48,273 nt of DNA, taken from assembly GCA_040081565.1 (NCBI GenBank), contig JBEBGH010000001.1, positions 1 to 48,273 on the forward strand, given 5' to 3'. Origin of the DNA: Pirellulaceae bacterium. GTDB lineage: Bacteria; Planctomycetota; Planctomycetia; Pirellulales; Pirellulaceae. Position numbers and translations under genes: made by a program. Shown one piece after another: positions 9,270 through 20,700 of this stretch. Each line of letters opens with the position of its first letter. The stretch's first letter is position 1. Below the pieces are notes generated by a model. The model was not told the DNA's origin, did not search any database, and saw nothing but the letters and a program-made list of their open reading frames with translations.

Positions 9270-10892
9270 ATGGCTTCCGAGATTCCAACGGGTTCGCGGC
9301 GTCGCTGGGTCGATCGTTTCTTGGGCTTGCTCGAGCGATTGGGAAATCTGTTGCCCCATCCGGTAACGCTGTTTGCATTGTTCAGCCTGGTTACGATTCT
9401 GTTGAGCGGAATTGGTGCGTGGTACGACTGGGAAGTGGTGGATCCTCGCCCAGAAAAAGTTCGAAACCCTGATGGCTTGGTACACGTCGTGTCCTTGATG
9501 AGCGCCGACGGATTGCGAAAGATCACGACCAATCTGGTCAAGAACTTTACGGATTTCGCGCCGTTGGGCACCGTGCTGGTTGCGTTGTTGGGCGTGGGAC
9601 TTGCCGAACATAGCGGGCTGCTGTCGGCCGCAATTCGGCTGCTGGTTTTTGGGGCGCGGCGCGAGCTCGTTACCATGGCCCTCGTGTTTGCTGGAGTTAT
9701 GTCCAATACGGCTTCTGAGATTGGATATGTCGTGCTCATTCCTCTGGGAGCGGCAATCTATTATTCGTTAGGCCGTCATCCGCTCGCTGGATTAGCGGCG
9801 GCGTTCGCGGGAGTTTCGGGCGGCTACAGCGCGAATCTGTTGTTGGGAACGATCGATCCTCTATTGGCCGGAATCACGACCCCCGCAGCCCAAATGTGGT
9901 CCCCGGGTTACGACGTGAATCCCGCGTGCAACTGGTACTTCATGGCGGCCAGTACGTTTCTGGTCACTGCGGTGGGAACTTGGGTGTCGATTTCAATCGT
10001 TGAGCCGCGGCTCGGAAAATTTTCGACTGAGGATGCGGACCAGGAATGGTTGTCGGCTCCAAAGTTGGAGCGATTGAGCGGACTGGAGTTTCGCGGATTG
10101 CTTACGGCTACTTTGTCAGTTTTGTTAGTGACCGCCGCATTGGTTTATCTGTGCTGGCCCGTCGGGAAGGAAACCACCGGAACGCAAAAGTGGCTGGCAG
10201 ATCATTTCCTGTTTGGTTCGTTGGGAATTACCGAAACGGGCAAGAAGGGGCCGGCGTTTCTCGATGGTGTGGTGGCGATTATTTTCGTGGCCTTCCTTGT
10301 TCCCGGCCTGGTCTACGGCTGGGTGCTGGGAACAATTCGAAGCGACAAGGACATCATCAAGTCGATGACCAAATCGATGACTTCCATGGGTTCGTATATC
10401 GTCTTGGTTTTTTTCGCTGCTCAGTTCGTCAAGTTTTTCGATTGGACAAACTTGGGGACGATCCTTGCCGTGAACGGTGCCCAAGGGATCGAGGCGTTGA
10501 ATCTCGACAATGCGGGAGTCTTTGTACTGTTCATCCTGGTTTGTGCCCTCGTCAATTTGCTGATGGGGAGTGCGAGCGCCAAGTGGACTTTTATGGCACC
10601 GATCTTTGTGCCCATGCTGATGCAAGTCGGCTACAGTCCGGAGGTGATTCAATGTGCCTACCGTATCGGCGATTCGTGCACGAATGTGATCTCGCCGATG
10701 ATGTCTTACTTCGGGATGATTTTCGTCTTTGCGACGCGATATGATCGCAAGTTTGGTATGGGTTCGATAATCAGCTTGATGTTTCCCTATGCGGTAATCT
10801 TTCTGATTTTCTGGACCGCGTTCTTCTATGTCTGGGTGTTCCTGCTGCAACTGCCAGTCGGTCCCAACGCACCCACGTACTTCGTCAAATAA
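9270..10892 (+). CDS. AbgT family transporter (p-aminobenzoyl-glutamate transporter family)
   Basis: The start at ATG 9270 (MASEIPTGSRRRWVDRFLGLLERLGNLLPHPVTLF) is the characteristic AbgT N-terminus. About 540 aa and polytopic. Confidence 0.85.
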   Translation: MASEIPTGSRRRWVDRFLGLLERLGNLLPHPVTLFALFSLVTILLSGIGAWYDWEVVDPRPEKVRNPDGLVHVVSLMSADGLRKITTNLVKNFTDFAPLGTVLVALLGVGLAEHSGLLSAAIRLLVFGARRELVTMALVFAGVMSNTASEIGYVVLIPLGAAIYYSLGRHPLAGLAAAFAGVSGGYSANLLLGTIDPLLAGITTPAAQMWSPGYDVNPACNWYFMAASTFLVTAVGTWVSISIVEPRLGKFSTEDADQEWLSAPKLERLSGLEFRGLLTATLSVLLVTAALVYLCWPVGKETTGTQKWLADHFLFGSLGITETGKKGPAFLDGVVAIIFVAFLVPGLVYGWVLGTIRSDKDIIKSMTKSMTSMGSYIVLVFFAAQFVKFFDWTNLGTILAVNGAQGIEALNLDNAGVFVLFILVCALVNLLMGSASAKWTFMAPIFVPMLMQVGYSPEVIQCAYRIGDSCTNVISPMMSYFGMIFVFATRYDRKFGMGSIISLMFPYAVIFLIFWTAFFYVWVFLLQLPVGPNAPTYFVK

Positions 10893-10913
10893 AGTAAGGC
10901 AAAAGAAATCGAA

Positions 10914-11744
10914 TCAGCTCTTTGGGCTTTGCTGTCGGCGGATTTCGTACAGAAGAATTCCGGTAGCGACGGCAACATTCAAGGACGTTACGTGCCCCAA
11001 CATCGGAATAATGGCATGCTGGTCCGCATGAGCCAGCAACTCCGGGCTGATTCCATGGGCTTCGCTTCCGACCAGCAAGGCAATCGGACCCCTGAGTTGT
11101 GAGTCCCAAAGACTCGTGCTGGCGTTGGCATCGGCCGCGACGAGTTGTATCCCGAGTTCCTTGAGGCGAAGCACCGAGCGGACCAGATCGTGTTGCCGGA
11201 TAATGGGGATGTGGTTGACGGCACCCGATGAAGACCGAGCAACATGGGGTGTTACTTCCGCCTGATTTCGGTCGCCGACAATCACTCCCGCGACATTTGC
11301 GCCGTCGCAACATCGAAGTATCGCGCCGAAATTAAACGCGTCTTGAATGCGATCACAAATCACGACCACCGATGGACGGTTTGCTGTTTCACCCGAATCG
11401 GTCGATTGAGTCGCGAAATCGTCAGCCATTCGCTTCAGTGTTTTTTCAAAGTCCACCATCGAACAATAGGGAAATTCTCCCAAGCGCGCGGCCAAGCCCT
11501 GGTGTTCGGTCGAGTGCGTCAACTGCTCGAGTCGAGAATAGTCGACGATTTCCAGTGGAATTCCCTCCCGCTGTTTCGCTTGCAAGAGTTGCGAAGACTG
11601 CGCGAATGCCTCGGCACTCACGAAGATTTCCAACACGGGCCAGATGCCTGATTGAAGCGTTTCGCAAACGGCGTGATGGCCCCAGAGCCAACTGCGTTGA
11701 TGACTGCCGCTAAAGCTGGTCTTTTTCTTTTTTCGAGAAGACAT
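10914..11744 (-). CDS. TrmH/SpoU family RNA 2'-O-methyltransferase (RlmB-like)
   Basis: N-terminal substrate-binding-like WGHHAVCETLQ. SpoU motifs are LLVGSEAHGISPELL and IPMLGHVTSLNVAVATGILLYE. The start is taken at the internal ATG (CAT at 11742-11744). Confidence 0.85.
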   Translation of the reverse strand: MSSRKKKKTSFSGSHQRSWLWGHHAVCETLQSGIWPVLEIFVSAEAFAQSSQLLQAKQREGIPLEIVDYSRLEQLTHSTEHQGLAARLGEFPYCSMVDFEKTLKRMADDFATQSTDSGETANRPSVVVICDRIQDAFNFGAILRCCDGANVAGVIVGDRNQAEVTPHVARSSSGAVNHIPIIRQHDLVRSVLRLKELGIQLVAADANASTSLWDSQLRGPIALLVGSEAHGISPELLAHADQHAIIPMLGHVTSLNVAVATGILLYEIRRQQSPKS

Positions 11745-11914
11745 GGCAGTGGTGTTTCTGAATTCCCTACGGCTCGGGGATGTGATCCGTCGAGATTTCA
11801 ACTGGTACGCCAGTCTGTTCTAATCCAATTATTGTAACCGGCAGCGAACACCAGCTCGACGCTCGATTATCATGGGACTTAAACTTTTGGGCATTTTTTT
11901 CTTGCGGAGCAAGC

Positions 11915-14563
11915 ATGCGAATGAATCGTGGTTTTTGGTTGTTGAGTCTTTTGGTTTGCGTATTGGCTACCGGCAAAACGCAGGGTCAAACAGAACAGAA
12001 AACGGCACCGGCGGAAAAACCCGTCGAAGAAATCAAGTTGCAAGAAGGCTGGGTTCTCTCCCAAGGGATGCCGCCTCGCGGACGAATTTCATTGCGTACC
12101 GATGCCATCGAATGGGCTTGGCTGAACAAAAAACTTTCGTTGCCGGATCGTGCAGCGGCCGAGTCCCCAAGCGGCCCAGACTTGCCGGCTTGGAAACGTG
12201 TCGTGGCGGATGCCAACGGCGGCTTTGCGGGGCGGGAGTTAGCCAACGGCTGGCTGGCAACGTTCGCCGACGTTCCGGAAGCTGGCGTGTGGCTGCTGGA
12301 TACTCAAGGCTCCGGGATGGTGATGATCAATGGTTCACTGCGAATGGGAGACATCTACTCCAACGGGTCTGTAGAACTGCCAGTGCTCTTACAAGCGGGT
12401 TCAAACACGTTGATTTTTGCCGGATCTCGCGGCCGAGTTGCGGCGCGTTTGCGACGACCCGAGAAGAACATCTTCTTCAGCCTTCGCGACACGACCTTTC
12501 CTCACATTCTCCGCGGCGAAACCGAGGAGTTATGGGGCTCTTGCTTGCTGGTCAATGCGACCAGCGAATCGCAATCGGGATTGATGGTTAAGGCTTCGGG
12601 GGCTGGATTCACTGCGGTTGAAACGTCCATGCCCTTTTTGCCACCTCTCTCGACTCGCAAAATCGCATTTCGATTAGTACCGGATGGAACTGCGGCGGCG
12701 AACGTTTGGGAAGCCGAAAAAATTGCGATCAATCTGGAGTTGTTGAGTTTGGCAAATGACGTATCCCAAAAGGCGTCAGACCCTGGGAAAGGCAGAGAGG
12801 GTCAGACCCCTTTTGGAATAGATCCAAAGCAAACGATTATCGATCGCGCTGCTGTCGATTGCGGGGTGCGGAATCCTACGCAAACCCATCGTCGAACCTT
12901 TCGCAGCGAGTTGGATGGCAGCGTGCAGTACTACGGCGTCGTGCCTCCAATGGAAAACGCCCCAGCTTCAGAAAATCGACCGGGGCTGATCCTCTCCTTG
13001 CACGGAGCGGGAGTGGAGGGCGAGGGTCAGGCTGGCGTGTATGCCGCGAAGCCTAATACCTACGTCATCACGCCGACGAACCGACGAAGCTTTGGTTTTG
13101 ATTGGGAGGATTGGGGTCGTTGGGATGCGTTGGAGGTGCTGGCCATCGCACAGAAGCGATTCAATACCGACCGCCAGCGAACGTATTTGACCGGCCATTC
13201 GATGGGAGGCCACGGGACCTGGCATTTGGGCACGTTATTCCCGGACAAATTTGCGGCGATCGCGCCAAGTGCTGGGTGGATCAGCTTCACGACCTATGCC
13301 GGACGCGGTGCGCAGTTGCCAACCGATCCTGTTTCACAAATGATTCGGCGACCCCTGTTGATCGGGGACACCGTCGCACGCGTGCAAAATCTGCAGAACC
13401 AAGGCGTCTACATTCTTCACGGTGACAAAGACGACAATGTTCCGGTAGACCAAGCCCGAACGATGCGCAGCGAACTCGCCAAATTCCATCCCAACTTTGT
13501 TTACAAAGAACAACCGGGTGCAGGGCACTGGTGGGGCAATGAGAGTTGCGATTCACCGCCGCTCATTAACTTCCTGTTCAGCCATCAACTGCCACGGACC
13601 GAGCAAATCAGCCACATCGACTTTCGAACTCCAGGAATTACTGCGTCGTCAACTTGTTTCTGGATGACGATTGCAGCGCAAAGGCAACAAGGCCTGATGA
13701 GTCACGTTGATCTCAAATTAAATCGCGAAACGGCGACGATTTCCGGGAAAACAGAGAACGTCCAGAGACTTGCCCTGCACTCACAATTCCTTACATCTCC
13801 CGCCGGTACTCCGCTAACTGAACTTGCGATCGAGATCGATGGTGACAAGCTCGAGAAAATTCCCGTCGCTGAAACGCCGACGATTTGGCTCGTACGGGAA
13901 AACGAAAAATGGACGGTAGGTAGCGATCCAAGCCACGAACAAAAGAATCCGCAGCGTGCGGGGGTCTTTAAGGAAGCCTTCAAAAACCGCTTCCTGATGG
14001 TCTACGGAACTCAGGGAACACCCGAGGAAAATACCTGGATGCTCGAGCGTGCCCGGTATGACGCAGAAACGTTTTGGTATCGGGGTAACGGTTCGGTTGA
14101 TGTTGTTCCTGATACGCATTGGGAGACGATCGCAGAAAACGATCGCAATGTCATCGTCTATGGGAACGCCACCATTAATGCGGCATGGCAAAAACTGCTT
14201 GTCGATTCGCCCCTGAAACTCGAACGAGATCATTGGTCCCTTGCCAACGAACCGAATGACGAGCAGTCCGTAGCAATTTGGATGGTCCGTCCGCGCCCCG
14301 GTAGCAAGGTTGCGTCGGTCGCGGCAATCGGCGGCTCCACGTTGTTGGCCATGCAGTCGACGCGGAGTGCTCCGTTCTTTTCTTCGGGAACGGGATACCC
14401 GGATTTGATTGTCGCGAAACCGGATTTTCTGGAAAAAGGAGTCGCCTCGGTGATGTTGGCCGGTTTTTTTGGCAACGACTGGACGTTTGAAAACGGCGAA
14501 TGGGTTCGATCAAACCAGGATGCAGTGCCCAACCAGGATCCAGCGCCAGCCAATAGCCACTAG
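11915..14563 (+). CDS. Secreted multidomain serine hydrolase (prolyl oligopeptidase/esterase S9-like core)
   Basis: Signal peptide MRMNRGFWLLSLLVCVLATGKTQG. The central alpha/beta hydrolase core has LSLHGAG, GHSMGGHG (nucleophile elbow) and HGDKDDNVP, flanked by about 350-aa N-terminal and C-terminal regions of unknown fold. Confidence 0.75.
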   Translation: MRMNRGFWLLSLLVCVLATGKTQGQTEQKTAPAEKPVEEIKLQEGWVLSQGMPPRGRISLRTDAIEWAWLNKKLSLPDRAAAESPSGPDLPAWKRVVADANGGFAGRELANGWLATFADVPEAGVWLLDTQGSGMVMINGSLRMGDIYSNGSVELPVLLQAGSNTLIFAGSRGRVAARLRRPEKNIFFSLRDTTFPHILRGETEELWGSCLLVNATSESQSGLMVKASGAGFTAVETSMPFLPPLSTRKIAFRLVPDGTAAANVWEAEKIAINLELLSLANDVSQKASDPGKGREGQTPFGIDPKQTIIDRAAVDCGVRNPTQTHRRTFRSELDGSVQYYGVVPPMENAPASENRPGLILSLHGAGVEGEGQAGVYAAKPNTYVITPTNRRSFGFDWEDWGRWDALEVLAIAQKRFNTDRQRTYLTGHSMGGHGTWHLGTLFPDKFAAIAPSAGWISFTTYAGRGAQLPTDPVSQMIRRPLLIGDTVARVQNLQNQGVYILHGDKDDNVPVDQARTMRSELAKFHPNFVYKEQPGAGHWWGNESCDSPPLINFLFSHQLPRTEQISHIDFRTPGITASSTCFWMTIAAQRQQGLMSHVDLKLNRETATISGKTENVQRLALHSQFLTSPAGTPLTELAIEIDGDKLEKIPVAETPTIWLVRENEKWTVGSDPSHEQKNPQRAGVFKEAFKNRFLMVYGTQGTPEENTWMLERARYDAETFWYRGNGSVDVVPDTHWETIAENDRNVIVYGNATINAAWQKLLVDSPLKLERDHWSLANEPNDEQSVAIWMVRPRPGSKVASVAAIGGSTLLAMQSTRSAPFFSSGTGYPDLIVAKPDFLEKGVASVMLAGFFGNDWTFENGEWVRSNQDAVPNQDPAPANSH

Positions 14564-14613
14564 CTAATTTTCAAGTCGCGATGCAGTTTTCCGCGACCAG
14601 AATTGCGGCTCAT

Positions 14614-14660
14614 CAAAAAAATTAACGCCCATGGAAACAGTTCCACGGGCGTTAACAAAA
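14614..14660. terminator. Bidirectional hairpin terminator between convergent genes
   Basis: TTAACGCCCATGG (14622-14634) pairs with CCACGGGCGTTAA (14643-14655). It is flanked by an A-run upstream and is A-rich downstream. Confidence 0.55.
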
Positions 14661-14686
14661 GAAGGTTCGTTGACTTCACGCCGCCG

Positions 14687-15334
14687 CTATTTGGATGATT
14701 TCGGTTTCATGGCGTCACGTTCTTCAAGAGTGAAAGCGCTTGCAATCTTTTCGCCGCGTCGTTGCATGTCGCGCATGCGGCCCAATTTGCCCGCAGCGGC
14801 ACTGAATGCGACATCAGGTGCCGAAGCAGAATAACAAGCCGCATCGTCGGGATCGATTCCCATTTTTCCGGCTTCGGCAAAAGCGTCTTGGTTTGCACCC
14901 AGGAAAGTAAACTGCCAACTATAGACCAGTTTTTGATGCTCGATCATCTGTTTGATCTGATCGCAATTGAATTCGTGGCTGCTGTTTTCAAGTCCGTCAG
15001 TAATGATGACGAACAGCACGAGTCCCGGTCGCTCGTCCTCCGGCATATTGTGAAGTCGTAAGCCGGTTTCCCTGATCGCTCGTCCTACCGCGTCCAGAAG
15101 CGCGGTCATTCCGCGTGGAACCACGGCACATTTGGGAACCTTACCGATCGGAATCCCGCGATGAACCATCTCGTATTCGGTGTCAAATTGCATGAGGGAG
15201 AACAGGGCTTCTCCGGGCCGTTTTGCTTGCTCCTCGATGAAATGATTGAGCCCGTTTTCCGCTTCCTGCCGACAGGATTCCATCGACCCGCTGCGATCCA
15301 AAACTACAGTAATGTCTGTCAAGTCGTCGCGCAT
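14687..15334 (-). CDS. von Willebrand factor A (VWA) domain protein, cytoplasmic
   Basis: MIDAS motif DRSGSM (D-x-S-x-S) at the N-terminus, a later T (GMTAL) and ITDGLEN. No signal peptide. Confidence 0.8.
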   Translation of the reverse strand: MRDDLTDITVVLDRSGSMESCRQEAENGLNHFIEEQAKRPGEALFSLMQFDTEYEMVHRGIPIGKVPKCAVVPRGMTALLDAVGRAIRETGLRLHNMPEDERPGLVLFVIITDGLENSSHEFNCDQIKQMIEHQKLVYSWQFTFLGANQDAFAEAGKMGIDPDDAACYSASAPDVAFSAAAGKLGRMRDMQRRGEKIASAFTLEERDAMKPKSSK

Positions 15335-15528
15335 GTGACTCTCCCTTTCTTGTTGGTTGGACTCTGTTCGAGATTACACTCCCGATGGGCGTCAGAGTCA
15401 ACGTACAAAAACAATTATCGCGAGATCGTGGACACGTTTGGTAAGTGCTTCCTGAAATTGCGCAACAACCGCGAGAAACACTCGAAAAATTCCAGCGTTT
15501 AAGCGGATTTGTCCAGCAAAAATTATTT

Positions 15529-16833
15529 TCAAATTTCTGGCAACGGACTGGTAGCATCGCCAAAGGTGTCGAGCTTCACGCCCATCTTGTGCATCATGCT
15601 CAGATACAAACGACACATTTGCCGGTCGGGTTTGTCTAGGTAGTCCAGATTCTGTCCGCCCTGAATCTGCCCCCCCGCAGAGCCAAGCATCACCACCGGC
15701 AGTTGCGTTGCATCATGATTTCCATGCAGCATGCTTGAACAGAGCATCAGCATAGAATTGTCGAGTGCCGTCCGTTCCCCTTCCTGAATTGCATCCAGCC
15801 GACGCGCGATATAGGCCACCTGTTCGAGGAAGAACTGGTTCACCTTCAGCCAGTCATCGCTGTCGCTGTGCGAAAGCAAATGATGGATCATGTAGTCCAC
15901 GCCCAGGTGCGGAAATCGAAGAGTGCCGTGATCGTTGTTTAACTTCAGCGTACAGACTCGCGTCGTGTCGGTTTGGAACGCGAGAACCAGGATGTCGCAC
16001 ATCAGTCGCATATGGTCGACGATGTCTTGAGGGATGCCGTCACCGGGGCGTGCGATGTTGGGTTTGCTCAGAGTTGGCCGCCAGCCTTGCACCTCGCCCA
16101 GTTTTCCAGCCCGTTCGATCCGCTGTTCGACTTCGCGCACCGAGTTCAGGTACTCATCCAGCTTTTGTTGGTCGGTGCGACTGATCACGCGGCGAACATC
16201 CTCGGCGTCCTCCAACACGGCGTCGAGAACACTTTTTTCGCCTCGTGTCGTCGAGTCTTTGAACAACTGATCGAACGCCAACGCGGGATAAACCTCCAAT
16301 GGTGTCGGAGTCGTCGGACTGCTCCACGAAATGTGTGAGCTGTAAAGCATTGAATAGTTCTTGTGCACCGCCGGATTGGACATCTCGCAGCCGAGGACGA
16401 GACTGGGAAGTTTGGTGGCCTTGGCGATGTGCTGGGCGACAACCTGATCGACACTTGTGCCGCTGCGAATCGAACCACCTGCGGCCAATGGCGCGCCCGA
16501 GAGCAAGTTGCCGGTTTGCGAACTGTGGATGTTTCCTTTGAGGGCTTCGGCATTGTAAAGCCCGCGAATAAAAACCAACCGTTCGCGAAAATCGTTCAGG
16601 GGCTGTAGAACTTTTCCGAGTTCCATCTGGCCGCCCGTCCCCTTGGCCCACCATTCGCGACTGTGAAAACCGCAGCCCGCGAACAGAATCGCCATCCGCA
16701 CCGGTGCCTGTCCGTCAGCATAGCGACTGCGGGCGGGTGCCCCCCAGACCTTCAACGACTCCAACCACGGCAGGGCCATCGTAACGCCCACACCTCGCAA
16801 CAAAGTGCGACGGGAAATTCGGTGCGAGTTCAT
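15529..16833 (-). CDS. DUF1501 domain protein (sulfatase-like fold, Tat signal)
   Basis: Twin-arginine signal MNSHRISRRTLLRGVGVTMALPWL. Its length (434 aa) and motifs (LFAGCGF, HHLLSHSD, LGSAGG) are typical of planctomycete DUF1501 proteins. Confidence 0.85.
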   Translation of the reverse strand: MNSHRISRRTLLRGVGVTMALPWLESLKVWGAPARSRYADGQAPVRMAILFAGCGFHSREWWAKGTGGQMELGKVLQPLNDFRERLVFIRGLYNAEALKGNIHSSQTGNLLSGAPLAAGGSIRSGTSVDQVVAQHIAKATKLPSLVLGCEMSNPAVHKNYSMLYSSHISWSSPTTPTPLEVYPALAFDQLFKDSTTRGEKSVLDAVLEDAEDVRRVISRTDQQKLDEYLNSVREVEQRIERAGKLGEVQGWRPTLSKPNIARPGDGIPQDIVDHMRLMCDILVLAFQTDTTRVCTLKLNNDHGTLRFPHLGVDYMIHHLLSHSDSDDWLKVNQFFLEQVAYIARRLDAIQEGERTALDNSMLMLCSSMLHGNHDATQLPVVMLGSAGGQIQGGQNLDYLDKPDRQMCRLYLSMMHKMGVKLDTFGDATSPLPEI

Positions 16834-17060
16834 GTTTCAGCCTCTTGAGTAAGTCAACTTTCTGGGGCCGGATAACACCGACAACTGCGTGAGCCGTTCG
16901 TCATAGACTTAAGTTTGGCGCGAGTCAACCAATTAACCTATACGAAAAGCTGGCGTCATTGACTGACTCCAGTTTGATTGAGTTAGAATATCGAAACAAG
17001 TACGGAAGTTTACCAACCAGTGTCCTTTGTGGGTTCGCGACGGCTTTTTCGAGTATTTTC

Positions 17061-17624
17061 ATGACATCGACTTCTGAAAGCCTGTTGATTCGATTGCGGT
17101 CGAGTTCGGATTCGGATGCGTGGTCCCGGTTTGTTCAACTTTACACGCCGTTGATTTTCTTCTGGGCCCGGCGGACGGGACTTTCTCAACATGATGCGGC
17201 CGATCTGGTACAGGACGTCTTGGCGATTGTGTTTCAAAAGCTGGCCACCTGGAATTATCAACCAGAGAAGAGTTTTCGTGGCTGGTTGCGAGTCGTAACT
17301 TTGAACCGTTTTCGCGAACTTGCGCGACGCAAGAAAATCACTTTCGAACCCTTGAGCGATGCAATTGGCAACAGTGCTGATCCGGCGCAGCTAGAGTCTT
17401 CCTGGGACGCGAGCTATCAGCAACGATTGGTCTTCGAGGCGATGCAGTTGCTGAAGCCCGAGTTCGCACCGGCCACTTGGGACGCTCTTCAACGAGTATT
17501 GACCAGCGGCCGCGCGGTGGTTGAAGTTGCCAAAGAAACAGGAGTCAGTGTCTGGACCATTTATGCCGCGCGAAATCGGCTGCTTAGCAGACTTCGCCGC
17601 GAATTGGCCGATTTAATCGAGTAA
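17061..17624 (+). CDS. ECF-type RNA polymerase sigma-70 family factor
   Basis: Region 2-like LLIRLRSSSDSDAWSRFVQLYTPLIFFWARRTGLSQHDAADLVQDVL and region 4 HTH VAKETGVSVWTIYAARNRLLSRLR. I chose ATG 17061 over the TTG at 16959. Confidence 0.8.
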   Translation: MTSTSESLLIRLRSSSDSDAWSRFVQLYTPLIFFWARRTGLSQHDAADLVQDVLAIVFQKLATWNYQPEKSFRGWLRVVTLNRFRELARRKKITFEPLSDAIGNSADPAQLESSWDASYQQRLVFEAMQLLKPEFAPATWDALQRVLTSGRAVVEVAKETGVSVWTIYAARNRLLSRLRRELADLIE

Positions 17625-17739
17625 ATTGCCCTCCAAAAAATAAATCGAAATTTCGTTACCAATTTTCCCAGTGCCGCGCATAGTCTCTTTCAGAACTAAA
17701 TAAACGCCTTCGACCGAAAGAGAATTCGTGCCGAAGACA

Positions 17740-20700
17740 ATGACTAAAATGTCGGGAGACGAAGAAATGGTCAGCCAAAATAACCGATGCCCGTCCACCG
17801 CCGAGTTGAACGATTACCTGCAGGGTAAATTGCCCGACGAAGTTCTGCACGGGCTGGAGAGCCATTTTGCCGTTTGCGACCAATGTGAAGAAACACTGCG
17901 CGGTTTAGGAGCAGACGATACCTTTAGTCGACTGGCCGAAAACGCAATGTCGGAACAGACACGAGAGGTAGGCGAACGCGATTTCGTTTCCAAACTGGTG
18001 ACACAATTGCGAAGCGATGTCCGCTTCCGAGTTCAGCCACGAGCGATTCAGGAGCGATCGGCCGAAGTCATTCGTTTTCTTGATCAATCGGATTCGCCGG
18101 AGTGTCTCGGCCGATTGGCCAACTATCGAATTGAGCGCGTGCTGGGAGCCGGAAGCTCGGGTGTCGTGTTCTACGCCGTTGATGAGTCGTTGAGCAGACC
18201 AGTTGCGCTGAAGGTACTGCGGCCTTCTCTCGGTTCAGCCGCGCGCCAACGGTTCATGATCGAAGCTCGAATGACTGCTTCGGTCAACCATCCTCAGATT
18301 GTCACTATCTATCAGGTCGGCGAAGAAAGGGAACTTGCCTTCATTGCAATGCAGTGGCTTCCTGGCGAGACGCTGGAATCCCGGCTCGAACGTGTGACCT
18401 TTTTGCCGGAGCCCGAGGTCCGGGCCATTGCCAGTCAGATCGTTTCCGGCCTGCAGGCGGCGCACGAAAAAATGCTGGTTCATCGCGACATCAAACCGGC
18501 CAATATCTGGCTTTGCGAGAAGACAGGCGAGGTGAAAATTCTCGATTTTGGCTTGGCGCGAATCGCCGATGACGACCCACATTTGACCAGTTCCGGAATG
18601 CTGGCCGGAACGCCCAACTTCATGTCGCCGGAACAAACTCGCGGTCAGGAACTGGATGGTCGAACCGATTTGTTCAGCCTGGGCTGTCTGATGTATCGAG
18701 CCGCAACCGGAAAACTGCCGTTTGGCGAAACCGGAATTCTGGCCACGCTGCAAGCGATTCAACATCAACAACCACGGCCGCCGATCGAGTTGAATCCGAA
18801 TATTGGAGCCGACTTTTCAGATCTGGTGATGTGCCTCTTGGAGAAACAGCCTGCCAATCGACCATCGTCGGCATTGGTCGTGCTCGAGGCGTTGAACCAA
18901 CCGCGAGAAAACTGGAAGTTCTCGGTAGTTAGTCATCATCCCCTCGAATCAGCGCCGCAAGATTTTCAACGGCCTGTTAATAGATCACAGCCTAGCGGAC
19001 CCATAAGCCAAGGCCAGTTGAAATGGACTCGCTGGGTCGCTGCCGTCGTGGTCGTCGGACTCGCGGCATGGGGGTGGAGTGTCTATGGCCAGCAGATTAT
19101 TCGTGTGGCCACCAACCGCGGTGAAATCGTAATCGACTCGAATGATGAAAATATTAGTATTGAGATTTTGAAAGACGGCGAATTGATCCGCGTCGTCGAT
19201 TTGAAGACGGAGCAGAAAATTGAAATCAAAGCCGGTGTGTATGAAATCAAGGCAGGAAAAAATGGCAACGAAAATTCAATCAGCATACAGCCCAACACCC
19301 TAACAATGACGCGCGGCGGCAAACAAGTCGTTACCATTTCGCGAACGGATCCAAAAATCGACGCGCCAGGAGCCATTTCTGCAAATCGAAATGAGCCGAC
19401 TTATGACGGGCGAACCTTTGACCAATGGATCAGCCAGTTGAAAAATGAGCAAAGCCTCAAGTTCATCAGCGAGGGTGCGGCTGCGCTCGGCTATCTGTCC
19501 CGGAACGATGAAACCAAATGCCGGCAGGCACTCGAGTGGATTCGCCCGCTCATTCGTGAACATGGATCGAAAATAATGGACGACAAGGCATCTTGGCCCG
19601 GGATCTTTAACGCTTTTTTCACGCAAATAAGCCCCCGGTATACCGTGGAGTTTGCAATTGAGGAAATCGAATCCGGCACGGAGCAAAGTCGCAACCAGGT
19701 GATATGGAATCTATTGCTGGGCACATTATACGAAGGCGACTCCCGGCTAATCGTTGATCATCAAAAAATGATTCGCGAGAATTTCCCGACGATCATGGAC
19801 AAGGCTTTAAAGTTAATCGAAAGCAATCGTCTTGACAAAAGCTCACATCAGATGCGGGATTTGTTGGCGATTGCGATCCGCTCGGCAGCGCAAGTCGCCG
19901 CTTATCCATCGCCCTTCTATGTGCCACGAGATTCAGGCTTTTCGCAGACGATGAAGAATTTGCTGGAGGAAAGGCTGGCCATGAGACACAACAAAGAAAT
20001 CCGCGCTTTTCTTGCAGCGGAACTTGTCGGCATGGAAGTCCGGTCGCAGTTGGCTGTCAATGAATTCTGTGCGCTCTTGAGCGATCCCGAATTGCCACCG
20101 GAACTGTCAAACCAAATGTATTACAACCACTTGGCGTTATTAAATCGGAATGACATTCCACAAGTGGTTCCCGCGCTAATAAAGATTTACGACAACGAAC
20201 TGATGTGTGATCGTTTGGCAATGACACTAGCCCAAAGCATCGCTAGCGGCCAATTCGGTAAAGAATCAGCACCGCTTTCGCCTGAAGAAAATCGAATTCA
20301 AATCCGAATCAAAATCCTGACCCAATTAGGAAACTATCGAGAAAAAGCTAACGCGGCGTTGACATGGCTAGACCAGTTGGCATCGCAAAAATCAGAATCG
20401 AAGGGGGATCAATCCTTGGCCCAAAAAGCCAAACAGGCTGCAAGGCAGATTCGCAATTTGGATTTGAAAGAAGACGGAGCCGAAGGAGGTGGTGATTCTG
20501 GTGGCGGCGCGGGCACGGGTGCCAGGGACGAGACGGGAAAGGGGGACTCCACAAACTCATCTGTAATTAATGAAAAAAAATCAGGCCATTCGGAGCCTGC
20601 CGAGTCGCCAAAAGTCGTTGAGAAAACGCTGCAGGGAAATACACTCACCGAGTGGATGAAAATTGCTGAAACGGAACTCGACCGAAAAACTTTAATGCAA

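Noticed and set aside
8876-9739. 287-aa ORF on the - strand
   Set aside because: It overlaps the SRPBCC start region, the intergenic leader and the N-terminus of the AbgT gene. It is Ser/Arg/Thr-rich and low in information, and the AbgT frame is far better supported.
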